Shown: positions 46,877-60,780 of the stretch, piece after piece
Position numbering within the stretch: position 1 is the first letter of the stretch
Layout: each line of letters opens with the position of its first letter
NCBI GenBank assembly: GCA_964199315.1
Contig: OZ116706.1
Coordinates: 30,876,001-30,940,000, forward strand
Length of the DNA stretch: 64,000 bases
Direction of reading: 5' to 3'
DNA from: Orbicella franksi
Taxonomy: Eukaryota
Made by a program: the position numbers and the translations under genes
The notes under the pieces: generated by a model
What the model saw: the letters and a program-made list of their open reading frames with translations, nothing else
What the model was told of the DNA's origin: nothing
Databases searched by the model: none

Positions 46877-49800
46877 ATGCAACTTGGCGAGGTCCGAGCT
46901 GCGAAGGCAGACGATTTTGACCATTTTCGTCGGCTGGCGGAGAGCGAGGATGGATGGAATCTACAGTACGATAAACAGGGAACAAAAGTCTACTCCAAAG
47001 TCAAGGAAGGTTCTACGGTTAGGCTTATCAAGGTAAGTGGAAGTGACCAGACATTTTCGACAGTAAAAGCTAATTTGAACACCGTAACCTCGGAAGTGTT
47101 AATTTGGTGAGTTGGATCACTGAAAGGAATGGAGTTAAGCTTAACTGGAAATTACCCCATCTGTCGGTGAGACTTGCGAGAGAAAATATCGTAAAAGCTC
47201 AGTGTTGTCCCTTTTGTGGTTGCGATAGATGATAGCGGAAGTTGTCCCGGGTTAACGTGGAACGGAACACAGTAGTGTTTCGAGCTTTCTCATACTTTAG
47301 TTCGACAAGTCTCTCGGCCGGCGAAATTAATTCTCTTTGCTTTGTTCAAGTTAATATCTTTGAGATTATTACTGTTAAATAAACTTAAGCTTACGTTTTT
47401 AATGATAACCGTTAAGTATTCTTTAGTAAGATGGTCTTTGTACTGAACTAACATGTATTTTACACTAAGTTTCCATGTAGCAATAAGGCTTGCTTTTCTC
47501 AAGCTTCGGTCGTAAAACAACCTTTTGGTAGCGAATCGATGGTCAATAAAGTTATTTATTTTCCCAGACAGTAACAGACATTGGTAATCTTAAATGTTTT
47601 TTGGCGAGGGAAAGAATTTCTGAAATCATAAAATGTCGAAATTCAACCGTTATTCCCAGTTCGTGGTTATTCTTGCTATTGAGAAACAGGCCAAACGTCA
47701 TGCAGCGTTACACAATAGTATAGCTGATATGTCATTTTTATGCAGTGCGTTGCACTGTAACCTCACCGTCGAGAAAAAAAAATCCCTGGCGAATTGAACC
47801 ATCCACGAAGCTGGCTTAACATCTGATAAGGGCCATCGAAGTTTCTTTCGTTTGAAGCACTAAATTAAAGCTTGGACTTTGTCATCGAGCAATGAACATT
47901 TCTGTTCATTTCATCTGTAAGCTAAAGCTTAAATGCTGACGTTTGGTTTTAAGCGGCTTTTCTGGCTTTGAAAATTTATCATTTTCCAATGTGTGGCTTT
48001 TTTATCGATAGATAAAATGTATAGCTTAAGTGGAAGAGTCTGAAAGTAACAGAGTTCCAGTTTTTATCGATTGGGAGTCAATATTTATTTTATGAATTAC
48101 TCAGATAGGCTTTCCATTCATAGCTTTACGATGTTTATGGGCCAGTATTCGCTGTTTAGATATTTTTATGCAAGTAAAAAACAGTTTTATTTTTATGGGT
48201 ACATTTAGGGGAAAAAATTTGTAGATTTCTGATAATGGTTTTTGTTGAAACCACAAAATCATTTAAAGTGTTTACAAATTCCAATGGAACTCCACAGGCA
48301 ATTTACAGTATGATAATATATTGATTTTACCAAGGTGGAGTTGATGTTGACAATTTATTAACTGTTGCTCTGTATAAACTGTTTATTTAGTGCAAAGTTG
48401 TACATTACACCCAGTGGGCCGGTTATTCCTGTTGATCAAGTTCCCTGTTTTCAAGCCTCTTCAGGAGAAAAAAAAAAATACAATTATATTGAAAACACAC
48501 CCTAACCTTGAAGCACTGTTTTCAGTAGTGCAAAATTAATAGCACAGTCCATATTTAATGTGCTATTTGTCTTTGCTATTATGCTGAGAAGTACAATCAT
48601 GATACAGTGCCAATTTTGCCCAACGGTAACCTCAACTCCTTGCTAGCTAGAGGCTCTTGTCACATGATGGTCAGTTGATAGATAGGTAGAGACAAAGTGA
48701 GAAACTAAACAACAAGATGTAAAAGAGATGGGGCAAGTGTAAGAGAAAGAGAACCTGCATACTACGATGCTATACTTTTGTTAGCATGAGCAGTCCTAAT
48801 TTATTGACCTACAGGACAGGAAAAAAACCCAGGTCCAATTACCCAGGACAAGTAAATTTTGCTCTGGGGCAGGTTAAAATAGAAGTTCATTGGCCCGGTG
48901 GGCAAGTGACATTAGCCTCAGTAGTCTTGTGAGCCTGAATAAAATGTCAGCTTGATTAGTGATAATATCTTGTCGGAAGCTATTTCCAAACTTAAGACTT
49001 CAAGATTAGTTAACCATTAGGTAGCTTGACAGCGTGCATTGGAATCCAGGCAAACTTTGTTCGCATTTGCCCTTTGATTTCCATACTGGCTACCAAGTTG
49101 GCAAGTAATATTTAAGGAGGGGGGCATTGGGATTTTCAGTTTTGCAGTTTTGGCTATTTTTTAGATTGGTTTTTTGGTTTTTGTGCCATTTGACTTCGGG
49201 TTTTGGGTTTTGGGTTTTGGTGTTCATTGCGGTTTGTGGATTTTTCGTTTTTTAGCATACTATCAGTTTTTCGGTTTTGGTAACCGATGTGGTTTTTGGT
49301 TTTTCCTATTTTGTGCTATTTGGGTTCTGGTACCTCTTCAATTTGAGCGGCAATTGATCTCAAATAGCTGTGAAACACCAAAGTTATTGAGAGGAATGCG
49401 TGTCAAACTAAATGTCACGGTAGGGGATCACGCATCTCGAATGACACCTTAGACTTTGACCTTGCATACCAGGGTGATCATTTGGTCAGTTTCCAACATG
49501 CCTCCCATGCCAGCAATGGAAGGAGCAATAATTGCTTGTGGATTGTGTTGCACTTTTTTACAAGGAGGGGAAAGGCAGCGAGAATTTTTGAAAGAAAAAC
49601 ATGTTTAGATGTGAAGTGAAAAGATACTAAAAGATACAAAGGCATTCACAAATACTTTGATAAAATTGGTGTTAGTGTAGTTTACTCTGTATGTCCCACA
49701 ATTCACCATTGTATTGGTTTTTGATGGTTTTGTATGCTGTTTTCGGTTTTGGGCGAGTTTTTTTGCGGTTTTGCAGTTTTGGATGATTTCTTCGGTTTTG

Positions 49801-52800
49801 TGGTTTCTAATATACCCCAATGCCCCCTCTTTAAGTGGGGCAAGTGAAAAGTGAAATTTAAGTGGATTTCAATTTTTTTTTTTCCCTGCCCTGATGGACC
49901 GTTAGAGGTTGGTATGCAGTCAAAGTATAAATCAGCCCTTGGTTGTTTTCTTTAATTAGGTTTGCATAGGAATAACACTGTGACACTCGAGGGCAATTTT
50001 TTGTGAGGCTGCACCAATGTATACATGACTTTTTACAGTGCACCTCAGATGTAAGCGAACTTCACGTACACGTATTATATACGTGAATTTTGCATATACG
50101 TGAATATCAAGACATGCATGTATATCTCTTTGTTATGCATTGCCCCAAGTTTCTTTATATGAAGCTTTGTCGGACAAACAAAGGACATTTCTGGAATGAA
50201 AAAGTATCAGGCTTCAATGTGAAATTTGCATACTTTGAAAAACGTCTATGAAAGCCTAAATATTTCGAGTTTTCAATCGCTTCGCAAATTCATCGACAAA
50301 CCACTGTTTATTAACACTTGCTTGATTTTTAGCTACTAAAATGTACATCTTCACTGTAGAACTTTTTTGCCCCAGATCTCAGATGCCTTCCTCATAGTTG
50401 ATGGAAATGAGTGTACTTGTATTATGATGAAAGAGATGATTTTGTTTTTGTTAAGACACAACACTGCTTTGTTTAGGTGGTGACCAACTTTGCAGATGTG
50501 TCTCCATCACTGATGTACGACGTGCTTCACGATGCAGACTACAGGAGATGTTGGGATGATAATATGTTGGAATGCTTTGAGATATGCCAACTGGACAGAT
50601 ATAATGATATTGGATATTATTCTAGTAAGTCAATCTGTTTGTGCCCTGATTTGCCATGTAGCTTAGTGCCTACAGATCAAGGGGACCAGGTTCAAGTTCT
50701 GTTAGTGTTATTGTGTTCCATTCCTGGGTGAGACAATCAACTACTGCACTGACTTCCAGGTGTATTTCAACACTGGCAAGTTTGTTTGGGTTCTAGTATT
50801 CTAATATCCAGGTGGCAGGAAGCAATGGCTCAGTATTATTATATGGATTGTGTTTGTAGTCGAAATAACGGGCATTCTGATTGGCTGATTCTAGGGCATT
50901 ATTCTCCTGTAATGCCCACAAGCCGATTATGGGTCTGCAAAATCAAAGCAAAAAGCCATATGATAAACAACTTATTAACCTCGAATGTTCAGTCTTTGCG
51001 GGAAAATCTCAAATGCCAGCCTTGCCGTATTGACCTTGTTATCACTCAGTCAATGAGGCAATGTCTCTGTTTGAGATTTTCCTGTTAAGACCTCACTCTC
51101 AGTTAATAAGAAGTTAATATTGTGTAGTTCCAGAAAATATCCATATATGAAGAAGCTAGTCATAAAAGGGGATAAGTGACGATTTTGGTTGCTTTTCTTT
51201 TTTCTTGCTCCAAATTAGCTGAATTTTTGCATGTGGTCTTCAATGTAATAGAAAAATGTGGTTCTGTATTTTTGTCGCTGGTTTTTGCTTTGTTTTCGAG
51301 TTAAAACGTAGGCAAAAAACTTGGCTTTTCCTAGCCATGTCTTTAGGAGTTTATTTGTTGAACAGCAAACAGGCAGACTGTTTATAGTGTATGAAGTCAA
51401 AACCAAATCCCACAGCATATAGAGCGGAAATCTGGGAACGGATTGTTTACACCGGTTATTGTGACGTGAACACAACACGTGAATCGATCGAGCGTCAAAC
51501 GAAATGCCATCAAACAAAAAAGAGATGTGCCGTATTAGAGCTCTGTCAACCAATATCTTAAGCATTGTTTTAAAGTACCTTGTGTGCCTACCTGGTGGTT
51601 GAGAGGCATCATAAAGCCTCGATAAACCCGTAAGTCATCAGCACGTTTTAAAGAATCAAAATGTGTTCTGAAACTTCGAAGGCAGCTGATATACCGTAAT
51701 CGTGTTATCGGCGTTCGAAGTCAGATCGAGCCAGGTAGCAAAGTCCAAGAGCAGTTCTTGCCCAAGAAAAATACCCTCTGGTGAGTTGTGGCCCATTTGC
51801 CAAGCGTTGCTAGCGTCAAAGTTTGGAAAGCGAGAACTGGTTTTAGACTTATAAAATTTGTCTTGTATCGACCGCCATGTCTTCCCGCGCACGAGGTGTA
51901 AAGACCCTTCCCGGCATGCATTGCGATTACGTTCTGCGGACGTTTCTCGAACTGGTAACTAGATTTAAACATAATAATGGCCAGCAAGTGGCGATCGATT
52001 GTAACAGATCTGTGATCCAGTTTGCGTTGATTTTATTTCAAATCGGCATGATTTGTAGTGTTTTGAGCTTCTGGGATCAGGGGACATGCAGATGTATGGA
52101 GACCCGTACGTTGCGCAGAAGGGTTAATCTGTTAATCTGTCAGCCCTATTTATAGAGCGTTTTCACGTGGAGTCATCGAATTCTTAAATCCAAAACTAAA
52201 CAGCCGCCAAAGTTGTTGTCCTCATCAGGCATAAGAGGTACCAGCGCATTTTGAACTTGGAAGTTATGGCGGTGCGTGACATAAAGCTACGATCGCGTTT
52301 GTCGAAAACTATGTTTTATCTCGTGATTTTTTAGCCATTGAAGACCTTGCCGTATTTGAAAAAGTGTTTATTGAAATGTTTATTTGTTTTGTTTTATTTT
52401 TATTTACACCTTTTTTTGACCTGAAATCAACATTTTTGAGCTTATACGTTGCGTGAAATTACCATTTTCAGGAGCCCATCATGGGCTCCTACCATTTTGC
52501 TGTTTTCTAAGTGAAACCAACATCCTTGCCGTCACGCGTTAATGCGAAATCAACATTTTAACCTATTTAGACCTGAAATCAACATCATTGAGCTTATGCG
52601 CTGCGTGAAATTGACATTTTGCTGGTCTCTAAGTGAAACCAACATCCTTGCCGTCACGCGTTAACGTGAAATCAACATTTTAACCTATTTAGACCTGAAA
52701 TCAACATTTTTGAGCTTATGCGCTGCGTGAAATTGACATTTTGCTGGTTTCTAAGTGAAACCAGCATCCTTGCCGTCACGCGTTAACGTGAAATCAACAT

Positions 52801-55800
52801 TTTAACCTATTTAGACCTGAAATCAACATTTTTGAGCTTATGCGCTGCGTGAAATTGACATTTTGCTGGTTTCTAAGTGAAACCAACATCCTTGCCGTCG
52901 CGCGTTAACGTGAAATCAACATTTTAACCTATTTAGACCTGAAATCAACATCATTGAGCTTATGCGCTGCGTAAAATTGACATTTTGCTGGTTTCTAAGT
53001 GAAACCAACATCCTTGCCGTCACGCGTTAACGTGAAATCAACATTTAAACCTTTTTTGACCTAAAATCAACATTTTTGAGCTTATACGTTGCGTGAAATT
53101 GACATTTTGCTGCTTTCTAAGTGAGATCAAAGTCCCTGCGGTCGCGGCGGGCCGATCCTTTGTTATGATAAACCGAGGCGAGACTTCGACTTATAACAAA
53201 GGCTTGGCTTGGTTATTATAACAAAGGATCGGCTCTGTTTATCATAACAAAGGCCCGGCTTCGTTTATTTGCAGCCTCGGCGGGAAAAGGGCGTTAGGTA
53301 TTTTAATCAAAAGTGAACTTTGTCGAAAACGCTCCAAATTTCGCATAGAGTTTTGTTTAGGTATGTTTAGCAATGTCCCGTAGTTTTTGCGCTAAACCTT
53401 GCTTCGTTTTCAGGATATTGCGTATGCAAAAAACCACTCGGTTTTCCTAGCGGCGTCTTTATAAAGCGAAGCAAAAACCAGCGGCAAAAATACAGGAACA
53501 CGTTTTTCTATTACATTGAAGACCACATGCAAAAATTCAGCTAATTTGGAGCAAGAAAAAAGAAAAGCAACCAAAATCGTCACTTATCCCCTTTTATGAC
53601 TAGCTTCTTCATATGTACCTCCCCCACAGAAAGGATTTCTTCTAAAACCCCCCACTCCTCTGGAAATTCCAATCAAGCTTCATACAGGTCTTTAAATTTT
53701 TTGATCTTATACAGCCCCCACCCGTCAGGAAATTCTAGTTCCTTCTGTGGGGGTAGTATGGATATTTTCTGGAACCTGCAGATTGTCACATCTTACACTG
53801 TAATTGACACTTCATGCTATCCTCTGGTACTCTTTGTGTCTGCAACAAACAAGTTCAATTTTATTGTTGTTTTCTCTTTCAGTTAAATGTCCATCACCAA
53901 TGAGAAACAGGGATTTTGTAACTCAGAGGTCATGGTACTGGGAAGATGATAACTTTATTATATTTAACCACACAGTACATCACAAGGTTAGTGGGACAAA
54001 TGGTTGCACTGGCTGATTTATTTGCTTGTTATTTGTAAAAGTGAACTAGAAACCTGTACCGTATGATATACAGCTGTTAATTTGTTTTTCTCTTTTTTTG
54101 TTTTTGGTTCCATTTTTTTTTTCCAAGGAAAAATAAAATAAAATCTGTTATCTGGCACCTTTGGGAAGGCTTTAAAACACATATATACACCTTTATGCAG
54201 GATTTTCACTGTAATCTAATGTCAATAAATTGTCTTTTTCTTGATATTTTTGTGTGTCTTTTAGGATGTACCACAAAAGAAAGGTTTAATCCGTGGTAAT
54301 TCAATTCTTAGTGGATATTATGTACAAAGAAAGGGGGAAGGTTGCTCTCTTACATATGTGTCTCAAGTGGATTTAAAAGGTAATTTGTGTAACTTTAGTT
54401 TTAAAATTGTTCATTTGTTTTGTGATTTACTTCTTGCATACGGCTGGTGCACCTGAAATTTAAATTGACCAATCAGGATTCAGCAAGCAGGAAAAACTGT
54501 ACTGTCCTGACGTCAAACAAATGTTAACAGGAAAGGCATTGAAGTCAGGCATCTTTTTTCATTGGAGATGGCATTAAATATTCATGAAAAGGGATTTTAT
54601 AACTCCAAAAACTATATCAGATTGCTAAAAAGTGAAAAATACAACAAACTTTGTCTCTCCAAACTTATAATTTGGCGCAAAAATGGGTCACCCACGTCCA
54701 GTGACTCGCTCGTCGCATGTCGCCAGGTGGCATAATAGTTGTGTTATTTTAGACAAATATGTTGTTCCTCGTCATATTGAACCCGAAATTGTTGAGTTAA
54801 GTATTAAAAGAGGCCAAAGCGACCTGTTGAGCTAACAAAGAAAAAGGCTATTGTCAAGACGTATCAGTATGACAGCTCGGTTTTGACTGTCACTCATAGT
54901 GCTGGGAGAGCCCCCGTATGCAAGTTTGTTCTTTGTACTACATGTAGGCAGTTAAATTGTTCAGTCAGTATTTTCACTATAAAATGTTGTTGCACTTTTC
55001 ATGTACACAAAACTACCAGAGTGAAAACTGTATTATAAATCCAGTGTACATGTGTTCTACGCTGACTGGTACTCACCAAAGTACTTGTAAAACTGCAATT
55101 GTATTGTCTTTCAAGTCAAGTGTATAAATCTGATATAACATGGAAATTCAGTAGTCCATATACAGTACACGTTCATATTGCATACAATGTGCATGTATAA
55201 ATGTGAGCTAATCATCCGTCAGAAAGTGTCATAAAGTTGGAAGATTTTGTATCTTTGCAGGAAACATACCAAAGTGGTTAGTAAACAAAGCCTCCACAAA
55301 GATTGCTCCAAAGGTTTGGCAGTTTCGTTAATAAATGTGTACATGTACCTTTGTGTTGTCTTCAAATTTAAATTTTGGTCTCTATTGAGATACTAGGCAC
55401 TACATTGAACATGTATAACTGATAATACACACAGTCCCCACTACCGTTGCGTGTATCTAAGTGTGGACACGTGATGACAAAGCATGCTCTAATTGGGTGT
55501 CAAACATAGCATGATTGGTCAGACCATAACACAAATTTTCAGGCTCAAAATGTTCACCATCAACAAATACGGGTGAAACCAATATTTCATGGTTATACTA
55601 GAAGTAAAACCACTTTCAAAAAGACGTTTGCATATTGACACAAGTCAGAGTCCATTTCTCTGAAGAAGTCTTCATTGTCCAGTCTTTCTGTCATTTTGTG
55701 TGCTGAACTTTTAGAAAGTTCACACCGCGGTCTGCTAAGCTTGAAATGTTTGATGACCAATCATCCCATGTTTGACCCCCAGTTAGAGCATGCTTTGGCA

Positions 55801-56363
55801 TCCCGTGTTCATGCTTTAATACATGCAAGTGATGGTACATTTACTAGGCAGAGTTGTGTCATTTTGGTATTCCTATGGTTGGCAGAAGTCTGTTGTTATC
55901 TAATGGATTCAGTGGATTAGAGGAGCAATATGGCTTAGGTTTTGAAGTGAATTGCTTCTTCTCCTGGATGGGATGCTGGTCCAAATGTTGTAGTAACACT
56001 TTGTAAAGCTGCCCAAACAATTTGCCAGCATCATTACTTTTGGTGCAGAGTGGTTACTTGTAGTTAAGTGTCTTTTCAAGAAAATAACTTAATTTAGGTA
56101 GCAAATAATTTAATCCTTTTTTGTAGGTTGTAGCCAAAGTTCACAAGGCTGCTCTTGGATACCAAGCGTGGAAAGCTCTACACGCACCAAGCTATAAACC
56201 ATGGATCTGGCCTGAGCAGAGTATTCTCCCAAAACTCCGCCTAGACGATGTAGAATCTGTAAGCAGTGAATCTCCCAGTGGATCAGATCAAGAACAGGAA
56301 GTGATAGGTGATGATCCCAATGGATACTCCAGTGAGGACAATTTAGATGAAATAATGCTTTGA
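46877..56363 (+). CDS. STARD10: START domain-containing protein 10 (PCTP-like lipid transfer protein), 270 aa
   Basis: Exons 46877-47032, 50477-50624, 53883-53986, 54265-54379, 55261-55313, 56127-56363 (813 nt), all GT-AG and phase-compatible. Motifs GWNLQY, LMYDVLHDADYRRCWD, DIGYYSIKCPSPMRNRDFVTQRSW, YVSQVDLKGNIPKWLVNK, YKPWIWPEQ match recalled STARD10. The ORF-track start at 46844 is a TTG directly after TAA; the first ATG is 46877. Confidence 0.93.
48812..49893. mobile_element. hAT-like element interrupted by a TTAA MITE
   Basis: Both flanks match the reverse complement of 27307-27670. Confidence 0.7.
49116..49830. mobile_element. TTAA-flanked MITE (Kolobok-like), nested
   Basis: TTAA|GGAGGGGGGCATTGGG ... 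CCCCAATGCCCCCTCT|TTAA, with an interior rich in (GGTTTT)-type motifs. Confidence 0.75.
51145..53614. mobile_element. 2.47-kb non-autonomous long-TIR element inserted in a MITE (host ends at about 51121 and 53780)
   Basis: TIRs of about 140-150 bp (ATATGAAGAAGCTAGTCATAAAAGGGGATAAGTGACG... and ...CGTCACTTATCCCCTTTTATGACTAGCTTCTTCATAT). Host TIRs are GTTCCAGAAAATATCCATA and TATGGATATTTTCTGGAAC. Confidence 0.8.
52412..53128 (+). repeat. 122-bp tandem repeat, about 6 copies
   Basis: The unit start TTTAGACCTG recurs at 52566, 52688, 52810 and 52932 (period 122), with more diverged first and last copies. Confidence 0.92.
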
Positions 56364-58634
56364 CACTGGCATTCAGTTGAAGTGTCAAAAACTTACCAGA
56401 GAAATTGCTGTAACTTTTATACAGCATTATTTTTGCTTAGCAGTGTAGATCTTAATAGAAAAATATTTGAAGTAGAACTCTATAGTTGTAAATGTGTAGC
56501 TAGCTAGAAAAACAAAAGATGGTTAAAGTTAAGAATTTTATGTAGGTTATAGTGATTGTTTCAATCTAAGCCATTTCGTTATTGCAAGAATATAAGCAAG
56601 CAGGAAATTGAAGAGGTGTAGTGTTGTCAGGGATTGACCACTTTAGAGTAAGTTAACTACTTAGACTTCTTAAGTTAAAGCATTTAGTACAATGTTTGCA
56701 GTTCTGCAGGCAGTTCTGCTTGATGTATGTACAGTGTGTACAGTACTTCGATCTCAATGATCAGTTTACACAAATAGAAAACATTCCTTACAAGTTAGAT
56801 GTGCAGTTTTTCAGTCTGTAACAAAATGATGAAAATCCTGCTCAATAGTGGTCATTTCACATAAACCAGTGTTTCGTGCAACAATAGGGAGTTAAGGCAA
56901 CCATGATGGCGAGTGACGTCATTAAGAAATTAATTTATATTTCACTTACAAATCTTGTTATACTCTTGAGTCATTCAATTAGTCTATAAGTCTTTTGGAT
57001 AGCAACATTCCTGTTGCCATTGCCGTTGTGGTTTGCTTCAATTAAAAACTCCCTCAATGTAAAAGGTGGGACTACCTTGTAGAGCGTAATACAAGTAAAC
57101 AGTGCTAAGTAAAAGGACCGCTCAGTTGGACAATAAACAACTAAGGGTTTCTCTGACTAAATTGGTACAAGTTGATTGTGGGAGTGAACTGAGATATTGA
57201 TGATTTTCTGGGCTGAAAGGGTTACTTGTTATTACATTGTAGTTCTTAAGACTAAGTTCATCACTTATGTCACCATGGCTACTTTTGCCTCGAGCCAGTG
57301 TTAATTCTAAATATACATTGCAATTTTAATTGCAAAACTGGCAATCTGTGTGAAGAGGTAATTGGTATATGCTAGATAATGTTCATCTGATTCTTTTGAT
57401 AACTAAGTTATTGCTTAATTGGTAAATTATGCACGAAATCTGTATATCACCTGGGAAACACTATGCAGTGTTTGTTTGTTTGTTTTTTTAACTCTGGAAA
57501 TCTCAAAACCAATCTTTCAGTGTAGATTGTTAACAGAAACTAAGTTTTTGTTTGGTGAAGTCAAAAGATTTAATTGCAAGATGCAAGAAGTTCATTTGTA
57601 TGTGACATTTAATAAGTAGGAGGATTCGACAGTTTTGCCATGTACTTTCAAGTCATAAGTAACAGACTATTTGTTGGATGAATTCAACTTTGTTTGGAAG
57701 AAGTATAGTAAAAGTAAGAAGTATTCTGTATTTATGACAGTTCTACTTGCAAACCTCTATTATCTTCTCTGTTGGGGTTTCTGTTGGTGCCAAACATTTC
57801 CTTAACAACCAGCACTATGGTCAATAACAAAACACAAAAAGATATGGTAGGTCTGATAGATTGACCGGGGAATAAGATTTTTCTGAATCATGTAGAACAT
57901 ATTTAAATAGTATAAACCACATTATTGGTGATTACTGATAATGGTTGCTATTTAATATTTTAATATATTTGCTAAATTTTCTATTTGAGTAAGCTCCACT
58001 GCTCTCCACAATCTTTACTTTCTGTCCCTCGAAACTATCTATAATAAAGAATGCTCTCTGCAGTTTTTGTGAATTTTAATGAGAGTTTAATGCCTGTATT
58101 TAACTCTTTTTAGGCCTATTTGTAGAAACGTTATCCTTGTTAGAATGGCTACCTTTCTCCTGGGCAATCTTTTACCAAGCATTTTATATGAAAATCACTT
58201 CACTGCAGACCAGACCCAAATCTTGGCAGAAGGGGCACCTCTCTAATATGGATGGTAATCCATTGCATTCAAAACACCAGTGCCGATTTTGACGCCTGGG
58301 CTGAGAGAAGGACTGAGAGTAGAGTGCACTGCCCAAGAACACAACACTAAGCCAGAGTTTTAAAGACCAAGAGCTGAACAGACAAGCAAATAGTTCACCC
58401 TAGAAGACAAGCAGTCTGTCTTTTCTGGGTCCACTGACCACAATGTAAAAGGAAAATTTGCTCTGCATGGCCATGTTTCCTTGGGTGTTCATTCATTGCA
58501 TGCCACAGTGTAGAAAACAGGTGCACATATTCTGAGGTCACCACAACTTTACACTCTGGCTAGTAAAGCAGAGTTAGTTACTAAAATGGTAAAGTTTGTT
58601 CTCAATTAAGAGTGCAGTACACCAACCATATTGT

Positions 58635-58930
58635 GAGAGGTGTGGTGACCTTGTGGTTAGTGCGCTCATCTCTGGATCGAGCGGTCCGGGTTCGAGCCCT
58701 GGCCAGGCACGTTGTGTTGTGTTCTTGGGCAAGACACTTAACTCTCACAGTGCCTCTCCACCCCAGGTTAATAAATTGGCACCGGCAAACTTAATGCTGG
58801 GGGTAACCCTGTGATGGACTGGCATCCCATCCAGGGGGGAGTAGAAATACTCCTTGTAGCTTCATGCTTATAGAAACCTGGATAAGCTTCAGCCTGATGG
58901 GCCACTTTGCTTGTATGCAGACTTTCCCTT
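58635..58930 (+). mobile_element. tRNA-derived SINE with CORE-like central domain
   Basis: GGTGACCTTGTGGTTAG...GGGTTCGAGCCC...GTGTTCTTGGGCAAGACACTTAACTCTCACAGTGCCTC, the same family as 35924-36229. Confidence 0.85.
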
Positions 58931-59614
58931 ACACCAACCAGTGGGTCACTGTACCTCACCAAAATTATTTTATTAATAATGAACAGCAGTAACTATTTTG
59001 GAGCAGCCTTCCTCAGCACTTCAATAGTACCATACATGAGTTAGTGTATTTAGAAGAAAATGAAAATATACTTTGAAAAGAGCTAGATAAATAGATCAAA
59101 ATAAGTGCTAATGCCTGTATATATGTGACAGTGCTTATAAGCTGGAGAAGAAAGTGGTCTTCAATTTGCATTTGAAATTGTTCACAAATTGCAGTTGCTT
59201 TTATCAGTGGTAGAAAAGAATTCCAAGTTATATGGTGGTAACTGCAAATTATCATCCAGACCACCTTGGGATTTTAGGTTCATTCTTAGAGGTCTAAAGT
59301 AAACAAATTGTTAGGCGAAGGACAAGTATTTTTATTTAGTGGATTAACCAGCATTGGTGAACATACAGTGCATGTATGAAGTGGAATGATTCAATACATG
59401 TGTAGTGTCAGTGCATATATAATATACTGTGCTGTGCTCTAACAAACGTACAGAGTACTTGTAAGCCAATAAAGGCCAATGATGTTAGTCCCTGTGTTTT
59501 GCCACATTGCCCCACCCCACACCCACCACCAACCACCAAGCACAGTCTAGAGTTAAAAGCACAGAATTACAAACATCGAAAGCTCTCTAAATGAGGATCT
59601 TGCCCATCACATAT

Positions 59615-60391
59615 CTACCAGATGTAAGGGACCAGTACAGCTGTGTTTTGACGGTACTTTTGGTATTCTGTGAGATGCCCCCATTTCTTCAATCCTTGCC
59701 TCTCCAAGATTGGAATACCACTCACTCGAGTCAGCAAATAAGCCACAAACATGGGAGAGACTACACTCCAGTACTGATGACCAGACATCACTGAAGAAGC
59801 TGGAAGGAACAAGCTGGACCACATCAGAATCTCGCCAAGATAGTTAGGATATTGACAAAGGCTCCAGAGCCCAGATGAAATCCACTTGCCCTTGTTAGCG
59901 GGATCTGCACGGAACTGCGACTTCTGGCTATCGGCTAGTGATTCTAGTATAAACCCGACTAACCAAAGTGACCATCCCAGGTAATCCTTCCAGGTTGTCT
60001 TCTCGTCTTTGGCAGAAGTGTTCAAAATCATGGTGGGCAGCAGCGTCGTCCATACCCATACACCTTGTAATGTCCAGTAGATCCAGAACACTCCAGGGTT
60101 ACCTCGGACCTTGTCGAAGCGGCTATCCTTTCCATCCTGAAGAACTCGCTTGAATAGATGAAGTCCTAAACGAAGTCCCCACAATGTGACGCAGCTAGAC
60201 TGAACGAGCTGGCGAAGGTGAAACTTCCCACCCCATCGCAGCGTTTGCCATGTAAGGAGGATGAATGTGGACGAGCCAGCTAAATCGTAGAATTTCTCTG
60301 TTTGAAAAAAAGAAGCTACTAACCACAACCCCCACTGAATACCAAAGTCTAATGCTGCAGCGCTGAACAGAGGGCTAGAGAAAACCTCCAT
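59615..60391 (-). CDS. DUF1295 / steroid 5-alpha-reductase-like multi-pass membrane protein, paralog A (intronless, 258 aa)
   Basis: Single ORF starting at aagATGG (60391; the track start at 60400 is TTG). Motifs TEKFYDLAGS, LWGLRLG, DGKDSRFDKVR, FILESLADSQKSQFR, WISSGLWSLCQYPNYLGEILMW, SGIPILER are characteristic of the family as recalled. Confidence 0.9.
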   Translation of the reverse strand: MEVFSSPLFSAAALDFGIQWGLWLVASFFQTEKFYDLAGSSTFILLTWQTLRWGGKFHLRQLVQSSCVTLWGLRLGLHLFKRVLQDGKDSRFDKVRGNPGVFWIYWTLQGVWVWTTLLPTMILNTSAKDEKTTWKDYLGWSLWLVGFILESLADSQKSQFRADPANKGKWISSGLWSLCQYPNYLGEILMWSSLFLPASSVMSGHQYWSVVSPMFVAYLLTRVSGIPILERQGLKKWGHLTEYQKYRQNTAVLVPYIW

Positions 60392-60780
60392 CTTCAACAA
60401 TTGTTACTCTAAATAGTTACTTAAGGGAGTTGATTACATAATCAGTGACACGCAACTATTAAGGGTTCACGACAAGGCGTTATATCATGTAAAATGGCAC
60501 ACAGTGTCCCCGGAAATTGCGATTCGCAAGTTTTAGAGTATACAGCTCGTACTTTGTTCCTCAGTTTTCTTTTCTGCCCTGATTCAAAATTTACCTCAAA
60601 GTGCTATTTCTGGCCCATTTTCTGTCTGACAAATTTCACTGAATTAGGGAAGAAAAAGATCTCGCGTGTTGCAGATCGCGGTTAAAAGGAGATTCCATGC
60701 TCCATAAACAACACATAATAAAGGAATCAAGGGCTCAAACGTCACGCAATCTTGAAGCTGAGTCCGAGGGTTTTCACGCC

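Noticed and set aside
52412-53128. CRISPR-like array
   Set aside because: Units are contiguous 122-bp copies with no unique spacers, no cas genes are present, and the context is a eukaryotic intron.
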